Of a stretch of DNA of 64,000 nt, positions 1-13,072 are shown one piece after another; positions within the stretch are counted from its first letter, which is position 1, and each line of letters starts with the position of its first letter. The translations under genes and the position numbers were made by a program. The stretch is taken from positions 116,562,001 to 116,626,000 of the forward strand of contig NC_058368.1 of NCBI RefSeq assembly GCF_018350175.1, in the 5' to 3' direction. The notes under the pieces are model-generated. The model was not told where the DNA came from and did not search any database. It saw only the letters and a list, made by a program, of their open reading frames with translations. This stretch comes from Felis catus (Eukaryota).

Positions 1-1098
1 CGGGGTACTTGGGAAAGTCCTTAAGAGTGGCAATGGGGAGGGCTCGAGGGTGGGTGTTTGTGGTTTCCCTCTACTTTGGGAAAGAGCACAGGATGCAGAG
101 GAAATGCTGTGGCATGTTCCTTCAGCCTCAGTATGTCACTGGAGTCACAGGACCTCTGCCTGAGTTCCCAATAAAAACCTCTTCTGAGGCTGCTTTCCCT
201 AAACTCCCCCTGCATCTTTCCCTCTTCATCTGTCCAACCTCTTACCTGAGCATACTACATTGATCCTGTGTTCTCCCTTTGTTTTAATTTTGACTCTTGG
301 CTTAGCCTGCAGCAGAAGGGTTCTCTGGGTCCCCAGTTTCCAGTTGCTAGCATATTTTTGACCAGCCTTCTATCCCCCTCAACCTCCTCTGGTTTTCTGC
401 CACCTGTGCATGCATGTGTATTTCTGCCTGGGTCTGGTATGTGCGGGCGTGTGTGCATGAATTTGTCACATAGGGGGAGCCTGAGCTAGAACCTCAGAGC
501 ATTGCTGCCTTGGGGCCTGATGTTCTTGGCTCCTTCAGTGCATGTAACAGGAAATTAAATGGGACGAGTGTTTGGTGTGGTTTTTGTCTGGTGAGTTTTT
601 TAACCTTTGTTCTTCATATGTAGACTGTTGAGCGTTTCCTGTTTGTTTCATTTTATTGAGGATTACTCTTTTTTTTCTTCCTTGTGAGCAGGCTCTTGGA
701 AGAACCTGTTTGATGCAAAAAAGAAAAAGGAAAAAAAACTTCATATGGGAGCCCTTGGGTCTCAGAGACTGTTCAACATGTATAATAAATGGCATTGACT
801 GGGCCTATTCACATTTGGTGGGAACATTCCATATTCTTCCCTGTGTATTGTTTTTTTCTTCATACACTGAGTATTTACATATAGAGCTTATTCTTTCTTC
901 TCCCTTCATTTGAGTCCTGTCACTTTTTTTTCCCTAGGTTCCTTCAGCACGAGTTGTATTTTCCTCTGATGGGATGTGTATCCGGAGGAGACTGAACAAA
1001 ACTTTTTCTCTAATTTTAGCCTCCTTTGGTCTCTTTTTTGGAACAGCAGAGTTGAGGGTTGAAGTTAGTGTGTTCCTTATTTGCAGTTAGACTAAGCA

Positions 1099-1297
1099 CA
1101 GGGTTACTGGATTTTGGCACTGTTGACATTTTCGGTTGGCTAATTCTTTGTTCTGGAGGCTGTCTTGTGCATTTTAGGATGTTTAGCAGTATCCCTAGCC
1201 TCTGCTTGTAGTGCACCTCCTCCCCAAGTATGACAGCTAAGATTGTGTCCCCAGGATATGGTGAAATCCCTACTCCCAGCCCCATTCAGAACCACTG
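1099..1297 (-). mobile_element. MER20 (hAT-Charlie MITE)
   Basis: Matches the reverse complement of the recalled MER20 consensus (cagggtt..ggcactgttgacatttt..aggatgtttagcag..agaaccactg). Confidence 0.85.
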
Positions 1298-2321
1298 AGA
1301 AACTGCCTTCCCTGCTTTGGTGTAACTTGAGTATTAGATCACACAGATTGCTGAACTAAAAAAAAAAAAAAAAAAAAAGCTTTGAAAATCCCTGGATTGG
1401 GTACTGTGTGTCCCAGGGATACAGAAGAAAAAAAATCAGTCCCTTAAATAAACCAACAATAGTTACACAAACTTCTGTATCCTGAAAAGAGGACTCTATG
1501 TGGGTTAACAAGGCTGCCACCATATATGCCTTGTTTACGTTCTCTGCCTCATGTAGCCCCCTTGAAGCATCTGAGTCACCTTTGGATCCCTTAAAATACT
1601 ATACTCTTTCCTTTGGACTTTTGTACGTAATTCCCTTGCTGTCAGGCATAACTTGACTGATTGTTTCTGACGATGAATCTTGCCACTGGGAGCGTTATGA
1701 ATGTTATCTACTGGCTCAAGGCCTGGTTCAAAGTATCTTATACAATATTTGTTGGCCAATTGCAGGCAGATTAGTGAGTTCTTTGCTTAACAGTATTGTG
1801 TGCTCTACAGGTCCTTCAAGTCAGACTCTAGTAGTTAGGGCTGTTTTGCTCACCCTTTTAAGGCAGGCTGGAGAAAATATCAGTGAGCTGAATTCCTTCC
1901 ATGATTCAGTACTCTTTAGGAAATCATCTAATTCACCTTGTCTTCACAGGATTTCCCTCCCTCTTTGGTACAGTGGAATCTTAACTCGAGTCACCCCTAC
2001 TAAAAAAGCAATTCTGAATTCCAGGTTCTCTAAATTCTCTTGGGACTAACAAGTGGTTTGAGTCTCTAAGGGGTATGTCTAGGTAATGAGTGTATGAAGG
2101 GATTCAAGGCGGTGACTTGAAAAGGTGGAGGGTGGGGTTGGGGAAAGGAGGTGGGATGGAGGTGGGGTGGGGTGAGGAGGTGGGATGGAAATTTAGGAGC
2201 CCAGAGCAATCCCAGATAACTCAAATCTCTGGAAGAGAAACTTAATTGATGTTTGTGGTCTTTCCAAAATCCATGGAAATTTTGCATTTTGGTTGAGGAA
2301 TATGCCTGTGACTTGCCTACA

Positions 2322-2432
2322 TGTGTTCATTTATTCAGTGATTACTGAGATGCTGACCATGTTCTAGGCCCTGGTATTGTTTTCTGGAGCAAGGCATCAA
2401 GGCTCAGCTGTCATGGAATTTACATTCTGGTG
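2322..2432 (-). mobile_element. L2 LINE 3' end fragment
   Basis: ttcatttattca...tactgag...ctaggccctgg...tcatggaatttacattctggtgg resembles an L2 3' terminus. Confidence 0.55.
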
Positions 2433-2599
2433 GAATTGCCTTTTAAAGTACCTAGGGGACAAAAGATTGGATGGTTTCAGATCATTCTGTGGCTTCAGGC
2501 ACGCCCTGGGACTCTTGAGCCTCTCCCATAGTCCCCCCTCCAAAGTCTTAAATGTGGAGACTTTAGCATTTCTACTCATGTCTGTCCTAAAAACATACC

Positions 2600-3000
2600 T
2601 GTGTATGTGTACATATACTTCTAAGGTGTTTACTGCAGGTTTATTTAACAGTGAAACATTTAAAATAAAACATTTATTCTTGAATATAGTGCAGCCATTA
2701 CTATATATATGAATTAGATCTGTGTACTAACAAGAAAGATCAAGACCTACTGTTAAGTAAAAGCACAAAAACAATACCAGACAAACTGATTTCCACAAAC
2801 TTCCAACCCGCTTCATAAAACTATATTATGTGTCCAGTGAAATATATAGATTGAGAAAAAGGTCTGGAAGATGCATAATGAAATTATAACTGGTTAACTG
2901 GAGAAAGTAGGAATTACGGGAAGAGAAAGGTTAGCTGTTTAACAGTACACATGAAAAGAATAGAATATTCATGTGGGTTTAAAATAATTTTAAAAAATAG
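2600..3000 (+). mobile_element. ancient L1 (L1ME-like) 3' fragment
   Basis: Degenerate L1 ORF2-end/3'UTR motifs (gtgtttactgcag, gcagccatta, aaaaaggtctggaag). Confidence 0.45.
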
Positions 3001-3639
3001 TAACAAAAAGTAATACTATATAATACCTATTATGACACTTGGGAGGGGAACTCTGTGGTTTTTCTTTGGTTTAGCTCTAGAGTTCTTAGTAAGGTCTGAA
3101 AGAGAACTCGGAGCTTGCAAAGATTTCACTCTTCTGACTCGGGCATTCCCTGTAGTTTGTCCTGGGAGCAGAGGGGCTGGAGGGCCGTCCAGAGACTTGG
3201 GGACCAGGTGACTGTTGCCTGTAATAGAGAATAAGCTTGGAAGGCAACTTCTTGGTAGAGCTTACTAGCAGGTAAAGGGGACATGAGTCCTCATTGCTGT
3301 GTGTCCTCAGATGGGCACCTCGAGTGGCTGAGTAAGAGTAATTTTTGGACACTAGATCACTCCTGTTCTGGTTGACTTAGAGTCTTTCTTGCCAGTCAAG
3401 ATAGTATAATCTAGAGGATGTGCCCAGATTGGCCGTAGCTGAGTGGTTTCTTCAAGTAAAGCATCTCCTAGCTACTCAAGTGGTTCAGGACCTGCTGGTA
3501 CTTTCTAGCCCTTTTGCCACTGCCCCAGCTCTCTTCATTTTCCCAGTAATCAGCTTCGGGGAGAGTATTTTAAGACTAATGCCCTATCCAAAGCACCAGA
3601 GCAACTGGTTCTCCAGTGAATGTTCAGCTCCCTTTACAC

Positions 3640-3735
3640 CAGGAACCAGGCTCCTTGGAGAATTGGCTGATGCTAGGACTGGGGAAGGAAATAAAGAGAT
3701 GAACCTGGAGCGTCTTGTAGTGCCAGAAACAAAAT
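3640..3735 (+). mobile_element. L1MC-class 3'UTR fragment
   Basis: ccaggctccttggagaattggctgat...gatgaacctggagcgtcttgtagtgccagaaa motif. Confidence 0.6.
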
Positions 3736-4059
3736 ACAACCCTAAACAAAAGACTCACTTTTAAAATTATGTTTGGTGTGTGGTAATGTTTGTGTTTTTA
3801 TTCCAGTAGTTATGGTCAGGCTTGTATCTTTTCTCATGTCCTCAAATTTCCTTATTTGGGATGTCCTTTTTTTGTCAGCTATAGCTTGACTCCCTCTTAT
3901 TATATAACCGAATTATTTTACTCTGTTTTTCCTTTTCTCTCTAATTTTCTTAGTCATGTTGTTTTTAGGAAACAATTTGCATACAGTTTTTCCACACTTG
4001 TTACCACCTTTACTTTAGAGATCTACAACAATATATTTAATGCTCACCATTGTAAGGTT

Positions 4060-4837
4060 TTCTGAATTTCCCCCTAGTGAGTCCTTATTGGGATGAAACT
4101 CATTCTTTAGTATTAAATTCCTCAAGAGAGGTTCCTGAATGCTGTATTCTTGAGTTTTTGCATGTTTAATACTGATTTTTGTAGCTTTGGTATTTGAAGG
4201 AAAGGTGGATATAAAATCTTCAAATTTCTTGAGTGTTTTAAGTTTATTTATTTTGAGAGTCCTTGGTTTTTTAAAAACTTCTTTGCTGCCTTTCTTTGTA
4301 CATTGTATGAATATGTTGTATATTGTGAAAATACCAATCTGATTCTTTCCTTTCTAAATGATTTTGTCTTTTTGCCTGAGGCATGGGGGATTTTTTCTTT
4401 CAAATCTAATTGATTTTCGAAGATAGATCTCAGAGTTGACCATTCCATATCAATTTTCCTAGGTTCATGGAAGACCCTTTTGATGTGTAGATTCAAGTTT
4501 TATTTCCAGAAACTTTTCTTGTATTATAATTTTGAATATTACATTTGTTCCATTATTTTGCTTTTTTTCTTCAGAGACTACATATAATACATGTTGGGTT
4601 CTTTGCTTCTGTATCTATAACTTTCTATGTGATCCTTGTTGCTTTCTTGATTTTATTTGACTGTTTTTTTCCTTAATGTCAGTTATTATATTTTAAGTAA
4701 AATCGGTTTCCTGGGACGTCTTATAACTTAGTCTTTTTTTCCCCCCGAGATGATTTGTCTTTTTCTTCAGTTTTTCCTGGTTTTGACTAACTTGTATCTT
4801 TTCTTTTTCTGTCCACTTTTGTTCTGACTTCTCTTTT
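4060..4837 (-). mobile_element. HAL1 / ancient L1 ORF1-like fossil (probably resumes after 6288)
   Basis: ORF 4248-4496(-) has ORF1p-like motifs (STLRSI, KEKIPHAS, RIRL). Confidence 0.55.
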
Positions 4838-4852
4838 GTTCCCCCTCCCTAT

Positions 4853-4897
<45 letters not shown>

Positions 4898-5253
4898 TTT
4901 TTATTTTTACGTCCAAGTTAGTATATAGTGCAACAGTGATTTCAGGAGTAGATTCCTTAACGCCCCTTACCTGTTTAGCCCATTCCCCCTCCCACAACCC
5001 CTCTAGCAACCCTCTGTTTGTTCTCTATATTTAAGAGTCTCTTATGTTTTGTCCCCCTACCTGTTTTTATATTATTTTTGCTTCCCTCCCTATGTTCATC
5101 TGTGTTGTATCTTAAAGTCTTCATATGAGTGAAGCCATAGGATATTTGTCTTTCTCTGACTAATTTAATTTCGCTTAGCATAATACCCTTTAGTTCCATC
5201 CACGTAGTTGCAAATGGCAAGATTTCATGCTTTTTGATTGCTGAGTAATACGC

Positions 5254-5299
<46 letters not shown>

Positions 5300-6287
5300 C
5301 ATCATCTTTGACCATTCATCCATTGATGGACATTTGGGCTCTTTACATACTTTGGCTATTGTCGATAGCACTGCTATAGACCTTGAAGTGCCATGTGCCA
5401 CTTTGAAACAGCACACCTGTATCCCTTGGATAAATAGCTAGTCGTGCAATTGCTGGGTCATAGTGTAGTACTACTTTTAATTTTTTGAGGAGTTTCCATA
5501 CTGTTTTCCAGAGTGGCTGCACCACTTTGCATTCCCACTAGCAGTGCAAAAGGTTTCCTCTTTCTCTGAATCCTCGCCAACATCTGTTGTTGCCTGAGTT
5601 GTTAATGTTAGCCATTCTGACAGGTGTGAGGTGATATCAATGTGGTTTTGATTTGTATTTCTCTGATGATGAGCATTTTTTCATGTGTCAGTTGGCCATC
5701 TGGATGTCTTCTTTGGAGAAGTGTCTATTCATTTCTTCACCCATTTCTTCACTGGATTGTTTCTGTTTGGTGTTGAGTTTGATAAGTTCTTTATAGATTT
5801 TGGATACTAACCCTTTATCTGATACGTCATGGAGAGGTGTTGGGTGAGAAGTTGATGTGGCCGAGGTCAAAGAGGTTTTTGCCTGCTTTCTCTTCTAGGA
5901 TTTTGATGGTTCCTGTCTTATGTTTAGGTCCTTCATCCATTTTGAGTTTATTTTTGTGTATGGTGTAAGAAAGTGGTCCAGGTTCATATTTTTCTGCTTG
6001 TCGCTGTCCAGTTTTCCCAGCACCATTTGCTGAAGAGACTGTCTTTATTCCATTGGATATTCTTTCCTGCTTTGTCAAAGATTAGTTGGCCATATGTTTG
6101 TGGGTCCATTTCTGTGTTCTGTATTCTGTTCCATTGATCTGAGTGTTTGTTTCTGTGCCAGTACTATACTGTCTTGATGATTACAGCTTTGTAATTCCTT
6201 GAAGTCTGGGATTGTGATGCCTCCAGCTTTGATTTTCTTTTTCAAGATTGCTTTGGCTATTTGGAGTCTTTTTTTGGTTCCATACAG
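4838..6287 (-). mobile_element. 5'-truncated felid/carnivore L1 with internal deletion near 5830
   Basis: ORF2 C-terminal peptides (MPFATTWMELKGIMLSEI), (TTTA)n tail, near-TSD tgacttctYtttt at 4825-4837 and 6288-6300. About 130 bp missing relative to the copy at 31820-31960. Confidence 0.9.
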
Positions 6288-6657
6288 TGACTTCTTTTTT
6301 TGATTCACAGTATTTTTTCATAACATCAAATGACTGTTTAAGGTTATTTAATTTGGGTTGGAGTGTTATGTTTGTTTTCCTTTTTCATAGTTAGGTTTTA
6401 AACAATATATATTCTCATTTTTTGTTGTCTTTATATAATATAATGCCTGCCATTTTCTGTTCATTTCGAAATGCCTTTATTTTCCAGTTTCAGCAATTGC
6501 AGATGAGGCAGTGTTTCTTATATAAAGAATGTGCTCTTCTGTTGGTAGTACGAAGTGCATTTTTTCCAAATAGAAGGCATTTTTGGGGTGTGGAGCCCAG
6601 GCTGGCATTATTCAGTGGGAACCTGAAGGCTACTTCAATTTTTTCCTGGACATTTTT

Positions 6658-6879
6658 TTTTTAATTTTTTTTCAACGTTTTTTATTTATTTTTGGGACAG
6701 AGAGAGACAGAGCACGAACGGGGGGAGGGGCAGAGAGAGAGGGAGACACAGAATCGGAAACAGGCTCCAGGTTCCGAGCCATCAGCCCAGAGCCCGACGC
6801 GGGGCTTGAACTCACGCACCGGGAGATCGTGACCTGGCTGAAGTCCGACGCTTAACGGACTGCGCCACCCAGGCGCCCC
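6658..6879 (-). mobile_element. CanSINE, young feline type
   Basis: tRNA head, (CT)n, A tail, CpG-rich; TSD tcctggacattttt at 6644-6657 and 6880-6893. Confidence 0.95.
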
Positions 6880-7181
6880 TCCTGGACATTTTTTAATTGT
6901 AATGAAATACACAGATCATTTACCATTTTAGCCATTTTTAAGAGTACAGTTACTTAATGATATTAAGTACATTAACATTGTTATGCAATCATCACAACCA
7001 CCCATCTCCAGAACTTCTTTTATCTTGTAAAACTGAAACTCTTTGTCCATTAAACACTCCAATGCCCAGCTCCCAGCCTCTGGCAACCACCATTTTACTT
7101 TCTGTCCCAATGAATTTGACTACTCTGGGTACCTGATATAAGTGGAATCAAACAGTATTTGTCTTTTTATGACTGGCTTTG

Positions 7182-7223
<42 letters not shown>

Positions 7224-7707
7224 AGTGACTAGCTTATTTCACTTTGCATAGTGTGTTCAAGGTTCATCTATGTTGTAGCATGTGACAGGATTTCTTGCCT
7301 TTTTAAAGGCTGAATAATATTCTTTGTGTGTGTATGTGTGTGTGTGTGTATGTACGTGTGTATGTATATGTATGTTTACACCAGAGTTTGTGTATTCATT
7401 TATTCATCGATGGACACTTGAGTTGCTTCCACCCCTTGGCTTTGTTGAATTAGAGCTGCTATGAAGATGGGTGCACAAGTATCTTGTCAAGATCCTGCTT
7501 TCACCCCCCTGCCCTTTAGAGGTTAAGGACCTGTGGTTTAGAGGCATAGTACAGCAGTTCAAATCCTTATTCTCGAACCTCCAGCCTCTGTAACCTTAGC
7601 TAAATAACCCAACTTCTCTGTTACACTGCTTTCTGATCTGTAAGAAATTGACCTTTATAACACCTATTTTGTGTTGTTGTATAGTTCTTGTGAAAATCCA
7701 GTGGATT

Positions 7708-7805
7708 GGGGTGTCTGACTGGCTTAGTTGGTAGAGCATACAGCTCTTGATCTTGAGGTCAAGAGTTTCAGCCCCTCTTTGGGGGTAGAGTTTACCTTAA
7801 AAAAA
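7708..7805 (+). mobile_element. short CanSINE (tRNA head plus A tail)
   Basis: ggggtgtctgactggcttagttggtagagcat...; flanked by aaaatYcagtgga duplicates. Confidence 0.85.
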
Positions 7806-7814
7806 TTCAGTGGA

Positions 7815-7926
7815 GAGGTGTCTTGCTGGCTCAGTCCATGGAGTGTGCAATTCTTGATCTTGGGGTTGTGATTCTGAGCCCCATGTTGGGTGTATAGAGT
7901 ACTTAAAAATAAAATCTTTAAAAAAA
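7815..7926 (+). mobile_element. short CanSINE
   Basis: ctggctcagtcc...cttgatcttggggttgtg...acttaaaaataaaatcttt. Confidence 0.85.
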
Positions 7927-8131
7927 TTTTTTTTATGATTATTTATTTTTGACAGAGAGACAGAGCACGAGTGGGGGAGGGGCAGAGAGAGAGGGATACC
8001 CAGAATTCAAAGCAGGCTCCAGGCTCTGAGCTGTCAGCACAGAACCCGACTCGGGCCAGAACTCACGGACTGCAAGATCATGACCTGAGCCAAATTTGGA
8101 CGCTCAACTGACTGAGCCACCCAGGTGCCCC
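7927..8131 (-). mobile_element. CanSINE
   Basis: Full SINE inserted in the tail of the previous SINE; TSD aaaaataaaatctt. Confidence 0.9.
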
Positions 8132-8413
8132 AAAAATAAAATCTTAAAAAATAATACGATTAGTGCAAATAATATGCTTGGAACAGTAACTGGCTCATAA
8201 TTAGTGAATTGTCATTACTGGTACATCACATAACTTAGGCAAGAGAGTCATTTTACCATGAGCACATCACTAAGCCACTAAAAATTACTGACATCAAGCC
8301 AGAATCAAGTGTAACTACTAAGTAATAAACAGGGCAAGATCCTGCTTTCAATTCTTTTGGATATATAACCAGAAGTGGGATTGATGGATCATATAGTAAT
8401 TTCATTTTTAGTT

Positions 8414-8628
8414 AGTTTGTTTGTTTACTTTTTAATGTTTATTCATTATTCAGAGACAGAGCATGAACATGAGAGGGTCAGAGAGAGGGGGAGACACAGA
8501 ATCTGAGGCAGGCTCCAGGCTCTGAGCTGTCACCACAGAGCCCGACGCAGGGCTTGAACCCACAAACTGTGAGACCATGACTTGAACTGAAGTCGGATGC
8601 CCAACCGAGTGAGCCACCCAGGTGTCCC
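8414..8628 (-). mobile_element. CanSINE
   Basis: TSD tcatttttagtt at 8402-8413 and 8629-8640. Confidence 0.92.
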
Positions 8629-8744
8629 TCATTTTTAGTTTTTTGAGGCACCTTCATGCAGTTATCCATAGAAGCAGCACTATTTTACTTCCCTAACAAC
8701 AATGCAGAATTCCAATTTCTCCATATCCTTGACAGTACTTGTTA

Positions 8745-9068
8745 TTTTTTTAAATTTAATTCCAAATTAGTTAATATATAGTATAATAATGATTTCAGGG
8801 ATAGAATTTAGTGATTCATCACTTACCTATACGACCCAGTGCTCCCTCCAACCAGTACACTTCTTAATGTCCATTGCCCTTTTAGCCCATCCCCCACCCA
8901 ACACCCTACCAGCAACCCTCAGTTTGTTCTCTGTATTTAAGAGTCCCTTATAGTTTGTCTGCCTCTCTGTTTTTATCTCATTTTTGTTTCCCTTCCTCTA
9001 TGTTCATCTGTTTTGTTCCTTAAATTCCACATATGAGTGAAATCATAGGATATTTGTCTTTCTTTGAC
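8745..9068 (-). mobile_element. carnivore L1 3' end fragment
   Basis: atagaatttagtgattcatcactta...cagcaaccctcagtttgttctc...ttccacatatgagtgaaatc. Confidence 0.85.
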
Positions 9069-9124
9069 TTTGTTTTTTTAATGTAGTAGTCATTTTAATG
9101 GGTATGAGGTGATTCCTCTTTATT

Positions 9125-10000
9125 CTTACATGTTTATTTTTCTGTTATTGTCTGCATCCATAAAATGTTGATATTTTATTGGGATCATACTAGCTCATCT
9201 ATTGATTTGGAGACAACTGACATCTTTATGATATTAAGTCAAAGAGACTTAACCCTAAGAACAGGGAATGTTTTCCATTTGCTCAAGTCCACTTGTGGGC
9301 TTTTTAGAAGTGCATTTAATTTTTCCACACATGAGATTTTGTACATTTCTTAACAAGTTTAGTTTTAAGAATTTATCTTGTTCTGTTTATAAATAGGATC
9401 TTCTATCCCTTAATACTTTCTAACTTGTTATTATTCATATGTATATGAACATTGTTGATTTTTGTAAGTAGTTTTTATGTCCTGACACCTTACTGATTTG
9501 TTTTAGTCTTCTTTTCCAATTTATATACCTTTATTTGTTTTCCTTTCTCTGATTGCATTGGATAATTTCTCCAATGTAATGTTACAAAGTAGTAAAAATA
9601 GAAAGCATCCTTTCCTGGTTCCTGACCTTTATTGGGATTCTTCCATTGTTTACCCATTAAGTAAGGTATGTCGCTAACATGATTATGTATAATATGTATA
9701 TGATCTATGATGTGATATAATATAATGTACATATACATGGTCAAGTTAGAGATACAGTCATCAATTCCTACTTTAATTATTTAAAAAATCTGGAATGTGT
9801 GTTGAATGTTATTGAAGAGCCTTTTAGCACACAGAAATAATTATGACTTTTCTTAGATCTACTGATTTGGTAAATTATACTAATGCAATTCCTAATATTT
9901 CATTCTTGTATATCTGGGATAAATTCCACTTGGTCATGATGCCTTTTTTATATAAAGTGTTAGATTTTTATGTTGTATTTTGTTTGCTAATATTTTTAAT
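9125..10000 (-). mobile_element. ancient L1M ORF2 fossil
   Basis: Degenerate ORF2 motifs (ctgattgcattgg, ttcctgaccttt, gggataaattccacttggtcatgat). Confidence 0.6.
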
Positions 10001-10030
10001 AGACTTTATTTTTTTTAATCCCCCCCCCCC

Positions 10031-10230
10031 TTTTTTTTTAAAGTTTATTTATTTCTGAGAGGGAGAGAGAAAACCAGTGAGGGAGGGGCAGACAGAGATG
10101 GGGACAGAGGATCTGAAGGAGGCTCTTTGCTGACAGCAAAGAGCCCAGTGTGGGGCTTGAACTCACGAACTCTGAGGTCATGACTGAACTGAAGTTGGAC
10201 GCTTAACCCACTGAGCCATCCAGGTGCCCC
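10031..10230 (-). mobile_element. CanSINE
   Basis: SINE head ends at ...gagccatccaggtgcccc. Confidence 0.9.
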
Positions 10231-10262
10231 TTGTTAGATTTTTTAGAAAACAGTTTTAGGCT

Positions 10263-10479
10263 GGGGTGCCTGGGTAGCTCAGTCAGTTAAGTGTCCAGCT
10301 TCAGCTCAGGTCATGATCTCATGGTTCTTGAATTTGAGCCCCACGTTGGGCTCTGTGCTGACAGCTCAGAGCCTGGAGCCTGCTTCAGAGTCTGTGTCTC
10401 TCTCTTTCTCTGCCCCTCCCCAGCTTGCTCTCTGTTTGTCTCTCTCTCAAAAATAAATGAACATTAAAAAAATAAATAG
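10263..10479 (+). mobile_element. CanSINE
   Basis: ggggtgcctgggtagctcagtc...aaaataaat; flanking agttttagg duplicated. Confidence 0.9.
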
Positions 10480-10926
10480 AAGTTTTAGGTTTACAGAAAA
10501 ATTATGCGGAAAATATACAGAAAACTTACCCTTTCTCTTTGCACCTTTCTGTTTTCAACATCTTGCATTAGTGTGGTACATCTGTTATAATTGATGAACT
10601 AAAATTGATACAGTAATATTAACTAAAGACCATAGTTTATTTTAGTGTTTAGTCTTTGTGTTTTATAGTTCTCTGGGTTTTGACAAATGCGTACTGTCAT
10701 GTTTCCAACTTTAGAGTGTCATGCAGAAAAGTTTCACTCTACCTCCCCCACCCCTAAATCAAACTTCTGGTAACCACTGATCTTTTCCTTTTCCAGAATG
10801 ACATATACTCGGAATCTTATAACATATAGCCTATTCAACTGGCTTCTTTGACATAGCAGTATGCATTTAAGATTCCTCCATATTTTTTTGTGGCTTGATA
10901 GTTCATTTCTTTATCACTCAAGAATG
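10480..10926 (-). mobile_element. L1MC/L1MD-class 3'UTR (resumes at ~20310)
   Basis: ttgcattagtgtggtacat...aactaaagaccatagttta...gggttttgacaaatgc motifs. Confidence 0.75.
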
Positions 10927-11552
10927 CAGACATACCTTGTTTTATTGCCCTTAGCCTTGTTGCACTTCACAGATAATGCCTTTTTTTTTTTTAATAACAA
11001 ATTGAAGATTTGTGGCAACCCTGTTTTGAGCAAGTCTATTGGCACCATTTGCCCAACAGCATTTGCTCACATTTGTTTCTGTGTCACATTTTGGTAACTC
11101 TCACAATATTTCAAATTTTCATTATTATATTCATGGTGGTATGATCCGTGATCTTTGATGTTACTATTATAATTGTTTTGGGCCACCATGAATTGTGCCA
11201 ATATAAGACAGTGAACTTAATCAGTAAATGTTGTATGTATTCTGACTACACCAACTGGCTGTTGCCCCATCTCTCTCCCTCTCCTTGGGTCTTCCTATTA
11301 CCTGAGACACAACAATATTGAAATTAGTCATTAATAACCCTACAGCGACCTAAGTGTTCAAGTAATAAAAAAAAAAGTAAAACTAGAAATGATTAAGCTC
11401 AGTGACTAAGGCATGTAGATAATCAAGATCGTTTGGAAGCTAAGGCTCTTGAACTAAACAGCCACGTTGTGAATGCAAGGTAAGAATTCTTGAAGGAAAT
11501 TAAAAGTTCTACACTAGTGAACACATGAGTGATAAGAAAGTGAAACAGCCTT

Positions 11553-11715
11553 GGGGTGCCTGAATGGCTCAGTTGATTAAGTGTCTGACTTGGGCTCAGG
11601 TCATGGTCTCATAGTTCGTGAGTTTGAACCCCATATTGGGCTCTGCGCTGACAGCACAGAGCCTGCTTTGGATCCTCTTATCTGTCTCTCTCTCAAAAGT
11701 AAATGAACTTTAAAA
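11553..11715 (+). mobile_element. CanSINE in Tigger1
   Basis: TSD aaagtgaaacagcctt at 11537-11552 and 11716-11731. Confidence 0.92.
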
Positions 11716-11947
11716 AAAGTGAAACAGCCTTGTTGTTGATATGAATAAAGTTTTAGTGGTCTGGATAGAAGATCAAACCAGTCACAACATTCTCTTAAGC
11801 CAAAACCTAACCCAGAGCAAGGCCCTCACTTTCATCAGTTCTGTGAAGGCTGAGATGGGAAGCTGCACAAGAAGAGTTTGAAGCTAGCAGGTGTTGGTTC
11901 ATGAGGTTTAAGGAAAGAAGCCATCTCCATAACATAGAAGTGCAAGT

Positions 11948-12769
11948 AGACATCAATAGATATTTTCCCAAAGAAGACATACCAATGACCAACAGACACA
12001 TGAAAAGATCCTCAATATCACTCATCATCAGGGAAATACAAATCAAAACTGCAATGAGATATCACCTTGTGCCTGTCAGAATGGTTAAAATAAACACAAG
12101 AAACAACAGGTGTTGGCAAGGATGTGGAGAAAAGGGAATGCTCTTGTACTGTTGGGAATACAAACTGGTGCAGCTATTCTGGAAAACAGTATGTTGATTC
12201 CTCAAAAAAGTTAAAAATAGAACTACCCTACATTCCAGCAATTGCACTATTAGGTATTTGCCCCAAAAGTACAAAAATACTGCTTCAAAGTGATATGTGC
12301 AACCCTTTGTTTATAGCAGGATTATCTACAGTAGCCAAACTATGGAAACAGCCCAAGTGTCCATTGACAAATGGATAAAGAAAATGGGATATATATACAC
12401 AATGGAATATTAGCCATAAAAATGAATGAAACCTTGCCATTTGCAATGACATAAAGAACTAGAGAGTATTATGGTAAGCGAAATAAGTCCGAGAAAGACA
12501 AACACTGTATGATTTCACTCATGTGGAATGTAAGAACCAAAACAAATGAGCAAAGGGGGAAAAATAAGCAAATCAAAAAACAGACCCCCTAACTATACAG
12601 AAAAGAGTGATAGTTATCAAAGTGGAGGTGGATGAGGAGGTGAGTTGAATGGGTGATGGGGATTGAAGAGTCCACTTGTGGGCACCAGGTGTTGCATGGA
12701 AGTGTTGGATCACTATGTTGTATGTCTTAAACTTACACTGTATGTTAACTAACTGGAATTTAAATTAAA
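11948..12769 (+). mobile_element. 5'-truncated carnivore L1 in Tigger1
   Basis: ORF2 C-terminus ([21 protein letters not shown]) plus 3'UTR; TSD aagtgcaagt at 11938-11947 and 12770-12779. Confidence 0.9.
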
Positions 12770-13072
12770 AAGTGCAAGTTGAAGCAGTAAGTGCTAATGG
12801 AGAAGCTGCAGCAAGTTATCCAGAGGATCTTGCTAAGGTAAGTCATGAAGATGATATACCAAACAACAGATGTGCACTGTAGATAAAGTAGCCTTCTGTT
12901 GGAAAAAGATACCATCTATGACTTTCATAGCTAAAGAGAAGTTGATGCCTGGCTTCAAAGCTTCAAATGACAGTCTGACTCTCTTGATAGGGGCTAATGC
13001 AGCTGGTGAATTTAAATTAAACCAGTGCTCGTTTACCATTCCAAAAATACTAGGGCCCTTAAGAATGATTTT

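Larger units (their letters stand above)
7515..8215 (+). mobile_element. MIR SINE, split by three CanSINEs
   Basis: Core motifs gttcaaatcc..ctgtaacctt..aacttctctg..atctgtaa, and 3' part gcttggaacagtaactggctcata. Confidence 0.7.
6894..9120 (-). mobile_element. L1MB-like 3' end, interrupted at 7504-8334, by a SINE and by a carnivore L1 tail
   Basis: L1M 3'UTR/ORF2-end motifs (aaactgaaactct, ggcaaccaccatt, ataagtggaatca, gatggacacttgagttgcttcc). Confidence 0.8.

Noticed and set aside
2120..2190. G-rich tract with G-quadruplex potential
   Set aside because: Common low-complexity sequence with no functional context visible.
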